From: Candidatus Latescibacterota bacterium
Lineage (GTDB): Bacteria; Latescibacterota; UBA2968; UBA8231
Direction: 5' to 3'
NCBI GenBank assembly: GCA_965248355.1
Contig: OZ252098.1
Location: forward strand, 4,608,001-4,672,000
DNA: 64,000 bases
Part shown: in pieces, positions 40,366 to 50,069 of the stretch
Layout of the letters: every line of letters starts with the position of its first letter
Numbering within the stretch: the stretch's first letter is position 1
Notes under the pieces: model-generated
What the model was told of the DNA's origin: nothing
The model's database searches: none
The model's input: only the letters and a program-made list of their open reading frames with translations
Translations under genes and position numbers: made by a program

Positions 40366-41201
40366 CGGGACTTCTGCCGGATACCAACGCCGACGGCCTG
40401 CCCGTGGTGCCCATGACCGACGAGCAGCGCTACTTCTTCGACCTGAAGGGGTGGCTGCTGCTGCCCTCGCTGCTGGCGGAGGAACAGCTCGGGCCGATCC
40501 AGGAGCACCAGATGCGGTTCCTCCGGGACCGGGAGTCGCTGCCGCCCGAGGAGCGGGACAACCACGGGGGGCCGTCGCAGGTGCTGCTGGATCACCCGGC
40601 CGTGGTGGGCGTGCTCAACGAGATCCTCTCGCACCAGGCCCTGGCCACGCCCAACTGCTACGGCTTCCGCTACGACCACACCTACACCAGCTTCCGCGAG
40701 ACGGGGCACGACAACTTCTCGCCCCACGGCGGCGGCGGATACTTCAACTTCGAGGGCAACTCCCACATCTACCAGATGCTGCCCGGCAAGGTGCACGCGG
40801 GACTCACGCGGGTCGTGTGGGAGCTGAACGAGGTCGTCCACGGCGGGGGCGGGACGCTGCTGCTGTCGGGCAGCCACAAGACGGCCTTCCCGCGCCCCGA
40901 GGGGCTGAGCGGCCGGGACAGCCCCGTGTGGGAGACCTACGGCTGCCCCGCCGGGTCGGCCCTGGTCTTCACCGAGGCCCTGTGCCACTCGGGGACCAAG
41001 TGGACGGGCGCCAACCCCCGGCTGAGCCTGTTCACCTGCTACAACACGGTGAACGCCAAGTGGGGGAAGGGGCGTCCGGCGCCCGAGGTGGTCGCCGCCA
41101 TGCCGCCGAAGCGGCAGACCCTGCTCCGCGGCGTCTGGCACGGCATGAGCGAGGTGCCCGGGATCAACCAGTACCGCGACGAAGCGAACACGGCGGTCTA
41201 G
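40362..41201 (+). CDS. PhyH-fold Fe/2OG enzyme with HxG instead of HxD
   Basis: RYFFDLKGW, FRYDH, SPHGGG, GGTLLLSGSHK, FTEALCHSG. Confidence 0.85.
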   Translation: MTGLLPDTNADGLPVVPMTDEQRYFFDLKGWLLLPSLLAEEQLGPIQEHQMRFLRDRESLPPEERDNHGGPSQVLLDHPAVVGVLNEILSHQALATPNCYGFRYDHTYTSFRETGHDNFSPHGGGGYFNFEGNSHIYQMLPGKVHAGLTRVVWELNEVVHGGGGTLLLSGSHKTAFPRPEGLSGRDSPVWETYGCPAGSALVFTEALCHSGTKWTGANPRLSLFTCYNTVNAKWGKGRPAPEVVAAMPPKRQTLLRGVWHGMSEVPGINQYRDEANTAV

Positions 41202-41205
41202 GCCG

Positions 41206-42603
41206 ATGTACTCGAGGATCCTGAAGTTGTGGCTCGCCCCTGCGAAGTGGACGGCCAGCAAGGACCGCTCCGTACTCTCCGAGCACAGCCTGCTCCGCTA
41301 CGCGGCCTTCACCCTCCTGTACGCCGCCCAGGGATTCCCCTACGGTCTGCTCTCCGTTGCCGTGCCGGCCTACATGGCCCAGCAGGGACTCACCCCGGCC
41401 CAGATCGGCTCCTACATGGGCATCATCCTGCTGCCCTGGAGCCTGAAGCTGATCAACGGCCCCATCATGGACCGCTGGAGCTTCCTGGCCATGGGCCGCC
41501 GCCGGCCCTGGGTGCTGGCCGCCCAGGCGGGGATGATCGGCACCTCGCTGGTCCTGGTCATGTTGCCCGATCCACTCCAGCACCTCGCCTGGCTCACGGC
41601 CTGCGGCTTCGCCATCAACTTCTTCACCGCCTTCCAGGACGTGGCTACCGACGGCATGGCCATCGAGATCGTTCCGGTGGACGAGCAGCCGCGGGCCAAC
41701 AGCTTCATGTGGGGCGGCAAGGCCCTGGGCAAGTCCGGGGCGATCGCCGCCGGCGCCTGGCTGCTGGATGGCTATGGCCTGGCCGGCGCCATGGTGGCCC
41801 ATACCGCGGCGGTGGGCGTGGTGATGCTGGTGCCCCTGCTGCTGCGGGAGCGCCCGGGCGAGCGTCTGCTGCCGTGGACCCGGGGGCAGGCGTCGGAGAT
41901 AGCCCGCCACCTGCAGTTGGAGGGCTGGCGGGACATCGGACGGAGCCTGCTGAAGGTCTTCGTGTGGCCCGTCAGCCTGCGGGCCGCGGCCTGCATGTTC
42001 GTCTTCAACCTGGGGACCGGATTCCTCGACGCCCTGCTGCCGGTGCTCACCGTGCAGGAGCTGGGGTGGGACCACACCGACTACTCCGAGCTCAACGCCA
42101 CCTCCGGCGCCGTCTCCGCCGTCATCGGCGCGCTCACGGGGTGGATGCTGATCGAGCTCCTCGGCCGGCAGCGCACGATCGCCGCCGGCGCCGCCCTGCT
42201 CGGCCTGGCGTCGGTGGCCATGGCCCTGATGCCCGAGCTGTGGGCCCACAAGCTCACGGCGCAGGCCTACATCGCCGCCTACCTGCTGATGGACGTGCTC
42301 GTCACCATCGCCTTCCTGTCGCTGATGATGGCCATCTGCTGGCAGCGGGTGGGCGCCACCCAGTTCTCCCTGTACATGGCGATCTCCAACATGGGGACGT
42401 CGGCGGGCTCGGCGATGCTGGGGCCCCTGGAGGCCGCCTTCTCCTACCCGAACCTGTTCCTCGTCCCGGCGGCGTCGACCGCCATCGTCATCTTCCTCGC
42501 CCTGGGCGTCGACCTGGCGGGGCAGCGCCGGCGCCTGGTCGAGCTGAATGACGGCGGGGACCGATCCTCGGACCGGGCGCCCGATGCGCCCGGCAGGGCC
42601 TGA
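41206..42603 (+). CDS. MFS transporter, AmpG/PAT family
   Basis: LYAAQGFPYG, PWSLK, GRRRPW, QDVATDG, ATQFSLYMA. Confidence 0.9.
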   Translation: MYSRILKLWLAPAKWTASKDRSVLSEHSLLRYAAFTLLYAAQGFPYGLLSVAVPAYMAQQGLTPAQIGSYMGIILLPWSLKLINGPIMDRWSFLAMGRRRPWVLAAQAGMIGTSLVLVMLPDPLQHLAWLTACGFAINFFTAFQDVATDGMAIEIVPVDEQPRANSFMWGGKALGKSGAIAAGAWLLDGYGLAGAMVAHTAAVGVVMLVPLLLRERPGERLLPWTRGQASEIARHLQLEGWRDIGRSLLKVFVWPVSLRAAACMFVFNLGTGFLDALLPVLTVQELGWDHTDYSELNATSGAVSAVIGALTGWMLIELLGRQRTIAAGAALLGLASVAMALMPELWAHKLTAQAYIAAYLLMDVLVTIAFLSLMMAICWQRVGATQFSLYMAISNMGTSAGSAMLGPLEAAFSYPNLFLVPAASTAIVIFLALGVDLAGQRRRLVELNDGGDRSSDRAPDAPGRA

Positions 42604-42702
42604 GCAGGCGGACAAGGCGGCCGGGCCTGGGCCGCAGCAGCGCCGACCCCGCCCCGCAACCGGGAGGCTTGCCATGAGGCTCATCGTGCGAGAAAGTAGA
42701 AG

Positions 42703-43644
42703 GTGCAGTACAACACTCTAGGCCGCACGGGCGTCAAAGTGTCGTCCCTGTGCTACGGTACGATGGCCTTTGGCGGCGATGCGGACGAGGCAACCTCCGG
42801 GCAGATGTATCGCTACTGCCGCGAGTTGGGCATCACTAACGGGCGTTCCGAGGAGATATTGGGCCGGTTGATCCAAGGCGAGCGCGACGAGTTGGTACTC
42901 AGTTCGAAAGTCTCCGCCGCCATGGGCGACGGCCCCAACGACCGAGGCTTGTCGCGGCGGCATATCGTGCAGGCCGTGGAGGCCAGTCTCAGGCGGTTGC
43001 AGACGGACCGCCTCGACCTGTATTTCGTCCACAGCTTCGACGAAGATACGCCGATGGAAGAAACCCTCGCCGCCCTCGACGACTTGGTGCGCGGCGGCAA
43101 AATCCTCTACCCGGCCGTGAGCAACTGGGCGGCCTGGCAGATTGCCAAAGCCCTCGGCCACTGCGCCCGCGAGGGGTTGGCACCCTTTGCGTGCATTCAG
43201 CCCATGTACAGCTTGGCCAAGCGACAAGTAGAAGTGGAAATCCTGCCACTGGCCCGCTCAGAGGGCCTGGGCGTGATTGCCTACAGCCCCTTGGGAGGCG
43301 GCTTGCTGACCGGCAAATACGGGATCGACAAGCGGCCCGAGCGGGGTCGTCTCTTGGAGAAGGACAACTACATCAAGCGCTACGCCAATCCCGTGTTCTA
43401 CGAAGTCGCCGAGCGCTTCGTGCGCTATGCCAGCGACCAGGGCGTACATCCGGCGACCCTGGCCGTCGCTTGGGCCATGGGGCATCCAGACGTGACCGCG
43501 CCGATTATCGGCGGGCGCGACCTGGACCAGCTGAAGCCATCGCTGGCCGCGCTCGACTTTGCCTTGTCGGACGAGATGCGTGCTGAAGTGTCGGCGCTTT
43601 CGATCGAACCGCCGCCAGCCACCGACCGCGACGAGGACAGTTGA
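42703..43644 (+). CDS. Aldo/keto reductase, apparently lacking the catalytic D-x4-Y segment (possible pseudogene)
   Basis: LGRTGVKVS, GLSRRHI, SLRRLQTDRLDLY, YSPLGGG; 'ELGI|TNGRSE' lacks the usual NFFDxAxxY. Confidence 0.8.
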   Translation: MQYNTLGRTGVKVSSLCYGTMAFGGDADEATSGQMYRYCRELGITNGRSEEILGRLIQGERDELVLSSKVSAAMGDGPNDRGLSRRHIVQAVEASLRRLQTDRLDLYFVHSFDEDTPMEETLAALDDLVRGGKILYPAVSNWAAWQIAKALGHCAREGLAPFACIQPMYSLAKRQVEVEILPLARSEGLGVIAYSPLGGGLLTGKYGIDKRPERGRLLEKDNYIKRYANPVFYEVAERFVRYASDQGVHPATLAVAWAMGHPDVTAPIIGGRDLDQLKPSLAALDFALSDEMRAEVSALSIEPPPATDRDEDS

Positions 43645-43647
43645 GCG

Positions 43648-44583
43648 TCATGTCGCTCCTGTTGCACGCCACGCCATCGTCGCCAGCAGGGCGGCGCCGA
43701 TGACGGGCGAATGCCTGGCGATGGGGCGCTGCGGCAAGCCCAGGCGTTGCGTCACCCGCTGCGAAAGCGCGTTGTCATTGTCGAGCAAGCCGCCGGCGAA
43801 AGCGATTGGCGCGTTCTCGTAGTTGAGGCGCGAGCGCATCAGATTGACCTGCCGGGCAAGTTGTTCGGCCGCCGATTCAACGCAGATTGCTGCCCACTTG
43901 CTGCAATCGGCCACCGCGTTGAGAACGAGTTCGGCGAGGCTTGCTATACGTGTGGCAGGCGCCTCCTTCGACCTGTATAGCCAAGCGATCAGCTCGCGCG
44001 GCTCCGTCAGGCCAAGCACGTCCATGCAAGCGCGGGTCAGCGCGTCGTCCTTGCTTGACGCGCCCTGGTCGTGCCGGGCAATGATGTGGCGTAAAAGCTG
44101 CGAACCAATCCAGTAGCCGCTGCCTTCATCGCCCAGCAGGTAGCCCCAGCCGCCGATTTGCAGGCGCTGCCCGCCTGGCGCGACGCCATAGATGGCGCTG
44201 CCGGTGCCGGCCAGGAGCAAGATGCCCTGGCGCTGCCCCAGAGAGCCAACCAAGGCGATCTCGAGATCGGAGCTGGGCACGATCAATGCGTCGGGCAGCG
44301 CCGGCTTTACGGTCTCGAGCAGCCAGTCTTCGCTGTGCAGGTTGGAAGCGCCGGCGAGGCCGATGGCTGCGGCGGCGATGTCCTGCGGCTGGAGGCGCGC
44401 TTGCCGCAAGGCGTCGGCGATCTTGTGTCGTATGAGGGTCCGGGCGTTGTCATGGCCGATGACACTCGGATTGGCGGCCGCGCTCTCAATCGAAGCGAGC
44501 GACCGGAGGTCCGCGTTGGTGATAGCGATACGGAGTTTGCTGCCGCCACCATCGATGCCCATGAAGAGCGGCTCGTTCATCAT
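43648..44583 (-). CDS. BadF/BadG/BcrA/BcrD ATPase family (N-acetylglucosamine kinase-like)
   Basis: GIDGGGSK, AGTGS, GGWGYLLGDEGSGYWIG, FAGG. Confidence 0.9.
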   Translation of the reverse strand: MMNEPLFMGIDGGGSKLRIAITNADLRSLASIESAAANPSVIGHDNARTLIRHKIADALRQARLQPQDIAAAAIGLAGASNLHSEDWLLETVKPALPDALIVPSSDLEIALVGSLGQRQGILLLAGTGSAIYGVAPGGQRLQIGGWGYLLGDEGSGYWIGSQLLRHIIARHDQGASSKDDALTRACMDVLGLTEPRELIAWLYRSKEAPATRIASLAELVLNAVADCSKWAAICVESAAEQLARQVNLMRSRLNYENAPIAFAGGLLDNDNALSQRVTQRLGLPQRPIARHSPVIGAALLATMAWRATGAT

Positions 44584-44602
44584 GCGTCCAATGCCTCAGC
44601 GA

Positions 44603-45475
44603 TCAGGCCGTGGCTTTCCTCAGCGCTCCCCTGAACGCCTTCTCGATCTCGCCGCGTGCGACGATTGCGTCCTTCCACACGTCAGGAAAACAGTCGAGCG
44701 CATAGCCCGAACCCCTCGGCCCCAACTCGACGACCGCCCATAGCTCGGTGGCACCGCGCTGTCCCTTGACCCAGTTGTAGAGCAGGTGCTTGAGGAAGTT
44801 GTCGCGCCAAGTAACAAAATCCGCGTCCAGCACGCCGCGGCCATTGGTGACCGGTGTCTGGCAATGGCTGCCGGTAAAGGTGCGAAAGTGAATCAGCTCA
44901 CTCATCTTCAGCAAGTCAGGGCGGTATTCGGCAATGCGCTCCCAGAAGTCATCGGGCCGTAGCTGTTTGATGATCGCCGGATGCGAATGGTCGAAGTTCG
45001 TGCGCAGCTTTTCCTTGTAGCGCTTCTCGTACTGCTCGGCCAGCGCCAGTCCCTTCTCCGGCGTCTCAGTACACGTATCGCGGTGCCATTCGATCGCCGG
45101 TTTGAGCTTGAGCTTCTTGCCCGCCTGCATCACCGCCCGTGCCACCGTCACCGCCTTGGGAATCGCGGTGTCGTGGTCGCAGAGTTGGACGTTGATGTGC
45201 CTGGCACCGGCTTCCTTGAAGGCCGCCAGTTTCGGCCCGGCTTCTTCTACCGTGGCTATGTCGACTCCACCGACGAGCTGCAGCCCGTGCTTGGCGCAAG
45301 CCGCGGCGATCTCGGGATCAGCCCCGGCGCTGAAGCCGACAAAGCCAGCGTCCTTGGCCGCGCTGACTTTGCGGTCCATCGACCACTGCTCGTCCTCTGA
45401 GGGGTAATTGGTCAACGTCCATGCTGCAGCACAGAGCTTGAGTTGCGGTCTCTGAGCCTGCTTTCTCTTGGCCAT
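44603..45475 (-). CDS. Xylose-isomerase-like TIM barrel protein
   Basis: IEWHRDTCTE, NFDHSH, IHFR, VELGP; RBS GAAAGGAG. Confidence 0.75.
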   Translation of the reverse strand: MAKRKQAQRPQLKLCAAAWTLTNYPSEDEQWSMDRKVSAAKDAGFVGFSAGADPEIAAACAKHGLQLVGGVDIATVEEAGPKLAAFKEAGARHINVQLCDHDTAIPKAVTVARAVMQAGKKLKLKPAIEWHRDTCTETPEKGLALAEQYEKRYKEKLRTNFDHSHPAIIKQLRPDDFWERIAEYRPDLLKMSELIHFRTFTGSHCQTPVTNGRGVLDADFVTWRDNFLKHLLYNWVKGQRGATELWAVVELGPRGSGYALDCFPDVWKDAIVARGEIEKAFRGALRKATA

Positions 45476-45540
45476 GGTTCTCTCCTTTCCATGGAGAAAT
45501 CAAACGACAATCCGTTCTCCTCCGGGACACGACCGGCGCC

Positions 45541-46383
45541 TCACGCTTCGGCCGCCGCCAGCTTGTCATCCCAGGAGCGGTAGCGGCGGTGGGCGTCCTC
45601 CAGCGTGCCCTCCAGCACGAAGAGGATCCCCTGCCGCCGGACCTGGCGCTGCGGCTCGACCGGCCCGAACTCGGGGTCGGAGTGCAGGCAGCGGGCCCGC
45701 CCGGCGCCCAGAAACAGCCGCCGCGCCTGCCGCCACGCGTAGCCGAGCACGAAGCGCCCGTCGAGGGAGACCGCGAACACCGGCGGTTCCGTCAGCCGCC
45801 TCCGGGCCCCGCTCTTCATCGGCAGCTCCTCGCCGACCCAGCCGTAGAGGGAGTCGCGCCGCGGAGGAAAGGCCAACTCGGCCGCGGACACGAACCCCTC
45901 GTCGCTGCAGAGCCAGGTGCGGGTGTCGTCCGCGTCCAGGTAGTCGCGGGCTGCCGGGCGCTGCAGGCAGGTGCTGGTGACCACGCGCCCCCATGCCATC
46001 GGCCCGACATTCGTGATCGTGAGGTCGAGATCGATGTCGACGCCCCGCCACCGCACGCTGCAATCGATCAGCGCCAGGCCGTGGACCGTCTCGACGCTCC
46101 GCAGGGTCTTGCGGAGCGCCCTGCCGCCCTTCATGTCCCCCATCGACTCGTTCACGTAGCGCCAGGAGGGTTGGGATTCGAACGTGTGCTCCCACAGCAG
46201 GTTGTCCCCGGCGTCGCAGGCCTGGAGCGACTCCGGAAACCACAGGCGCAGGAGATTGGCCGGCGCCGCGCGCTCGGGCGCGATCCGCGGCTCGTTCACG
46301 TGGATGTCAAGGGTGGTGGGCGCGTAGACGTTGAGCTGCTGGTGAGGGGTCTGTGCAGACCGCGCTCCGCTGTTCTCAGCCAT
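45541..46383 (-). CDS. Hypothetical protein
   Basis: Protein-like composition ('LRLWFPE', 'CLHSDP'); host-like codon usage. Confidence 0.6.
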   Translation of the reverse strand: MAENSGARSAQTPHQQLNVYAPTTLDIHVNEPRIAPERAAPANLLRLWFPESLQACDAGDNLLWEHTFESQPSWRYVNESMGDMKGGRALRKTLRSVETVHGLALIDCSVRWRGVDIDLDLTITNVGPMAWGRVVTSTCLQRPAARDYLDADDTRTWLCSDEGFVSAAELAFPPRRDSLYGWVGEELPMKSGARRRLTEPPVFAVSLDGRFVLGYAWRQARRLFLGAGRARCLHSDPEFGPVEPQRQVRRQGILFVLEGTLEDAHRRYRSWDDKLAAAEA

Positions 46384-46573
46384 GGCCGTTGGGGCTCCGA
46401 TCATACCCGGGGGCGCGTCCGTCGCACGAACCTTGCCGGTGGGGGTGCGCAGCGCTAACGTCGGATGCCATGCCCGACTACCGTTCCGACGTTCCGCGAT
46501 TCAGAAGTATACTATGCCGTTGTCTGAGAACGTGCGCAAGGGTCCATCAGGGTCCCTGATGAAAGGAGAAGAG

Positions 46574-48016
46574 ATGATCGACGAGAAGATGGAAAGCTAC
46601 CTTGCCGATTGGGCCAAGCGGGAGGAGGTCGCCGAGTCCATGGTCCCGCTCATCGGCAAACTCTATCGGGATTGCGGCGTGGTCACCACGATCTACGGCC
46701 GCTCCCTGGTGCACAACTCCACGATCGACATCCTCAAGGCTCATCGCTTTGCTCGCCAGGTGATCAAGGACGAACTCTGCATGTCTTCGAGCTTTGCGGT
46801 CCTCCAGGCCCTGTCCCGGCTGGATCTGGCCCCGACGCGGATAGATATCGGCAAGTTGACTACCAGGTTCCAGGAAAGTAAAGCGAACGGGGATGTGGAC
46901 GCTTTTGTGCGCCGGGAATTGGCTGAGATCAATGGCGCGAAGACGCTGCTGGACAAGCCGCAGGACGTGGTGCTCTACGGCTTCGGCCGGGTCGGACGCA
47001 TACTGGCGCGGATCCTGATCGCACGCAGCGGCGGGGGGGACAAATGGCGGCTGCGGGCCGTGGTGGTGCGCACGGGCTCGGAGGACGACCTGGTGAAACG
47101 GGCCAGTCTCCTGCGGCGAGACTCCATTCACGGCCCCTTCAGGGGGACCATCGTCATGGACCAGGAAGAAAACGCCATCGTCGCCAATGGCAACATGATC
47201 CGCCTCCTCTATTCAGACACCCCAGAGGACGTGGATTACAGCACCTACGGCATCGAAAACGCCATTGTACTCGACAACACCGGTGTCTGGCGGGACCGCG
47301 AGGGCCTCGAGCGCCACCTCCAGGCCCCAGGGGTCGCCAAGGTCGTCCTGACCGCACCCGGCAAAGGCGATGTTCCCAACATAGTCTACGGCATCAACAA
47401 CGATTGCATTGTGGAGGAAGAGCGGATCCTCTCCGCCGGCAGCTGCACCACCAATGCCATCGCGCCGGTGCTCAAGGTCGTGCATGATCGCTACGGCATC
47501 GCCAGCGTCCACATCGAGACCTGCCATTCCTACACCAACGACCAGAATCTCATCGACAACTATCACAAGCACGAGCGGCGGGGGCGCGGAGCACCGCTGA
47601 ACATGGTCATAACAGACACCGGGGCGGCCAGCGCCGTGGCCAAGGTCCTGCCGGAATTGAAAGGCAGGCTCACGGCCAATGCCATTCGCGTGCCCACCCC
47701 CAATGTCTCCCTCGCCATTCTGAATTTGAACCTGGAACGGGAAGTCGGCACAGAGGAGATCAATACCTACCTGCGGGATATCTCTCTCGATGTGCCCCTG
47801 GGAGGCCAGATCGATTTTACGAGCTCGCCTGAGGTGGTATCGAGCGACTTCGTCGGCAATGAGAAAGCCGGTATCGTCGACTCGGGAGCGACCATTACCC
47901 AAGGCAAACGCTGCGTGCTGTACGTGTGGTACGACAACGAGTACGGGTACAGCGCCCAGGTGATCCGCATCCTGCAGCACATATCCGGTCTCGAACTGCC
48001 CCACTTTCCCAAGTGA
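46574..48016 (+). CDS. gap: Glyceraldehyde-3-phosphate dehydrogenase, long N-terminally extended type
   Basis: VLYGFGRVGR, SAGSCTTNA, HSYTNDQ, RVPTPNVS, WYDNEYGY; RBS AAAGGAG. Confidence 0.95.
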   Translation: MIDEKMESYLADWAKREEVAESMVPLIGKLYRDCGVVTTIYGRSLVHNSTIDILKAHRFARQVIKDELCMSSSFAVLQALSRLDLAPTRIDIGKLTTRFQESKANGDVDAFVRRELAEINGAKTLLDKPQDVVLYGFGRVGRILARILIARSGGGDKWRLRAVVVRTGSEDDLVKRASLLRRDSIHGPFRGTIVMDQEENAIVANGNMIRLLYSDTPEDVDYSTYGIENAIVLDNTGVWRDREGLERHLQAPGVAKVVLTAPGKGDVPNIVYGINNDCIVEEERILSAGSCTTNAIAPVLKVVHDRYGIASVHIETCHSYTNDQNLIDNYHKHERRGRGAPLNMVITDTGAASAVAKVLPELKGRLTANAIRVPTPNVSLAILNLNLEREVGTEEINTYLRDISLDVPLGGQIDFTSSPEVVSSDFVGNEKAGIVDSGATITQGKRCVLYVWYDNEYGYSAQVIRILQHISGLELPHFPK

Positions 48017-48076
48017 AGACATGCGGGCCAGCAGGGCCCTCCAGCCCAGGCGATGGGCGCAGGGCGGAGCGCTCGC

Positions 48077-49402
48077 CTATCCGCCGCTCTGGATCTCCCG
48101 GGCGACGGCCTGCACCTCGTCCAGCACCCTGAGCAGGTTTCCGCTCCAGAGCATGCCGATTTCCTCCTCGGTATAGCCCCTGCGCACCAGCTCGAGCGTC
48201 ACGTTGAAGGTCTCGGACGCATCGTCCCATCCGGCGACCCCACCGCCTCCGTCGAAGTCGGAGCTGATTCCCACGTACTCCAGACCGATGAGCCCGACGA
48301 GGTAGTCGATGTGGTCCACGAAGTCGGAGACGTCCACCGGCGGCGCCACCGAGTTCACCTCCGCCTCCATCCGCGCCGCTACCGCCGCCTCGAGCTCGGC
48401 CATCCTCGCCTGGTAGGTGTCCCTGTCTTCAGCGCTCATGTCGCGAAGCGCAGACCCGTCGACGAGCTCGAAATCCATCTCCTCGGCGACCTTGCTGTGG
48501 AGAGCAGCGATCGCCTCCCGGTGGGCCGCATTCTTCTCAGGGGCGACGTAGTCCCTGAAGGCCACGGTCTGCACGACCCCGCCGTTCTCCTTGAGGGCGA
48601 GCAGTTGCTCATCGTCCAAGTTGCGGCTGTGATCGGCGAGAGCGCGGGCCGAGGAGTGCGAGGCGATCACGGGGGCTTGGGACAGCTCGAGCATTTCCAT
48701 GATCGCCGGCTTGGAGGGGTGGGAGATGTCGACCATGATCCCCCACTTGTTCATCTCGGCCACCGCCTGCCGACCGAGGTCACTCAACCCGTTGTGGAGC
48801 CAGTCGCCATCCCTCTCGCCCGTGTTGGAGTCGGCGAACTGACTGTGCCCGTTGTGGGCCAAGGACATGTAGCGGCCCCCCAGCTCCTGGAATTCCCGGA
48901 TGTTGTCGAGGTCGAGGCCGACCTGATAGGCGTTCTCGATGGCAATCATCGCGACCTTCTTGCCCGAAGCTGCGATCCTCCGGACGTCGTCGGAGGTGTA
49001 GGCCAGCTCGATGCGGTCGGGCGCCTTCTCCTCGGCAAACCAGCGGATGGCGTTGAACTTGCCCATGGCGAATTGGTGGGCCTCGGCATACCCGGCCTCG
49101 GTCAGAGGACCCTGACCCACGAACACCACGAACCAGGCCACGTCAAGCCCTCCCTCCTCCATCTTTGGGAGGGTGACCTGGGTGGGAAGGTCCATAGTGT
49201 AGTTCCGCTCCTCGGTGAAGTTGGCAACGTTGATGTCGGCGTGCGTGTCGAGGGTGATCACGCGGTCGTGAATCCCCCTGGCACGCTCAATGAGCTGCTC
49301 CTCAGTCTCCTCCTGCCCTCCCTCGTCGGCCATGCCGAACGACGCGAGGGGGAGCATCACGAGCAGGAAGGTCAGTGGGGAGAGGTATCTCTTCGTCGTC
49401 AT
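48077..49402 (-). CDS. Membrane dipeptidase (peptidase M19), secreted
   Basis: LDTHAD, IAIEN, SLAHN, VDISH, IASHSS, SSDFDG, GNLLRV. Confidence 0.92.
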   Translation of the reverse strand: MTTKRYLSPLTFLLVMLPLASFGMADEGGQEETEEQLIERARGIHDRVITLDTHADINVANFTEERNYTMDLPTQVTLPKMEEGGLDVAWFVVFVGQGPLTEAGYAEAHQFAMGKFNAIRWFAEEKAPDRIELAYTSDDVRRIAASGKKVAMIAIENAYQVGLDLDNIREFQELGGRYMSLAHNGHSQFADSNTGERDGDWLHNGLSDLGRQAVAEMNKWGIMVDISHPSKPAIMEMLELSQAPVIASHSSARALADHSRNLDDEQLLALKENGGVVQTVAFRDYVAPEKNAAHREAIAALHSKVAEEMDFELVDGSALRDMSAEDRDTYQARMAELEAAVAARMEAEVNSVAPPVDVSDFVDHIDYLVGLIGLEYVGISSDFDGGGGVAGWDDASETFNVTLELVRRGYTEEEIGMLWSGNLLRVLDEVQAVAREIQSGG

Positions 49403-49439
49403 CGGTCCTTGCCCCGGTTGTGGTGCGTGTGAGATGTGG

Positions 49440-50042
49440 CCCCACTCGGACGTCCCGTCTTCGACATTCATGATCGCGGCGGCCGCCTCTGGTGAAATGT
49501 CCCAGATCGCCACCTTGGCGCCTGCGCGGGCGAGGCTGCGGGCGATCTCGCCGCAGCAAAGCCGATGTCCCGGAGCCCCTGCACGATGCGCGGATAGTCG
49601 AGGCTCCCCTGACCGGGTATCTTGTGGTCCCAGTCGGGATAGGTGCCGATGTGGTCCTTGAGATGGGCGTGTACGATGCACCCCTGCCACTGGCGGGCGA
49701 CCGCGACCGGATCCAGGCCGAGGAGCGTCAAATAGCACGGATCGAAATTGACGCCAAAGGACGCGCTGCCGACCCCTTGAGGTCGAGCGGTTCGTCGGTA
49801 AAGAGCGAGTTGGCGAGATTGGCGTGGGTGATGACGGCTTCGATGGTGAGGCCCAGCCGCTCGGCAATGCTCCGCGTCTGCGCGCGCAACTCGGGCGTCA
49901 CCGAGCGCGGATCCGCCGACGGCCCGTGGGTGCCCGAAATGTCGATGCCGTCGTAGCCGGTAGCGGCGATTTTGCCCAGTGTCGGCTCAAGTGGCATTTC
50001 AAGCCGGTCGGTGTAGCTATAGGTGTAAAAGGCAAGGCGCAT
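49440..50042 (-). pseudogene. Sugar-phosphate isomerase/epimerase with internal deletion, fused to an SDR N-terminal fragment
   Basis: 'ATGYDGIDI', then 'HAHLKD...PGQGSLDY' in another frame, then 'GEIARSLARAGAKVAIWD'. Confidence 0.75.
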
Positions 50043-50069
50043 AGCTCAAATTAGCAGAGGAGGCACGGC

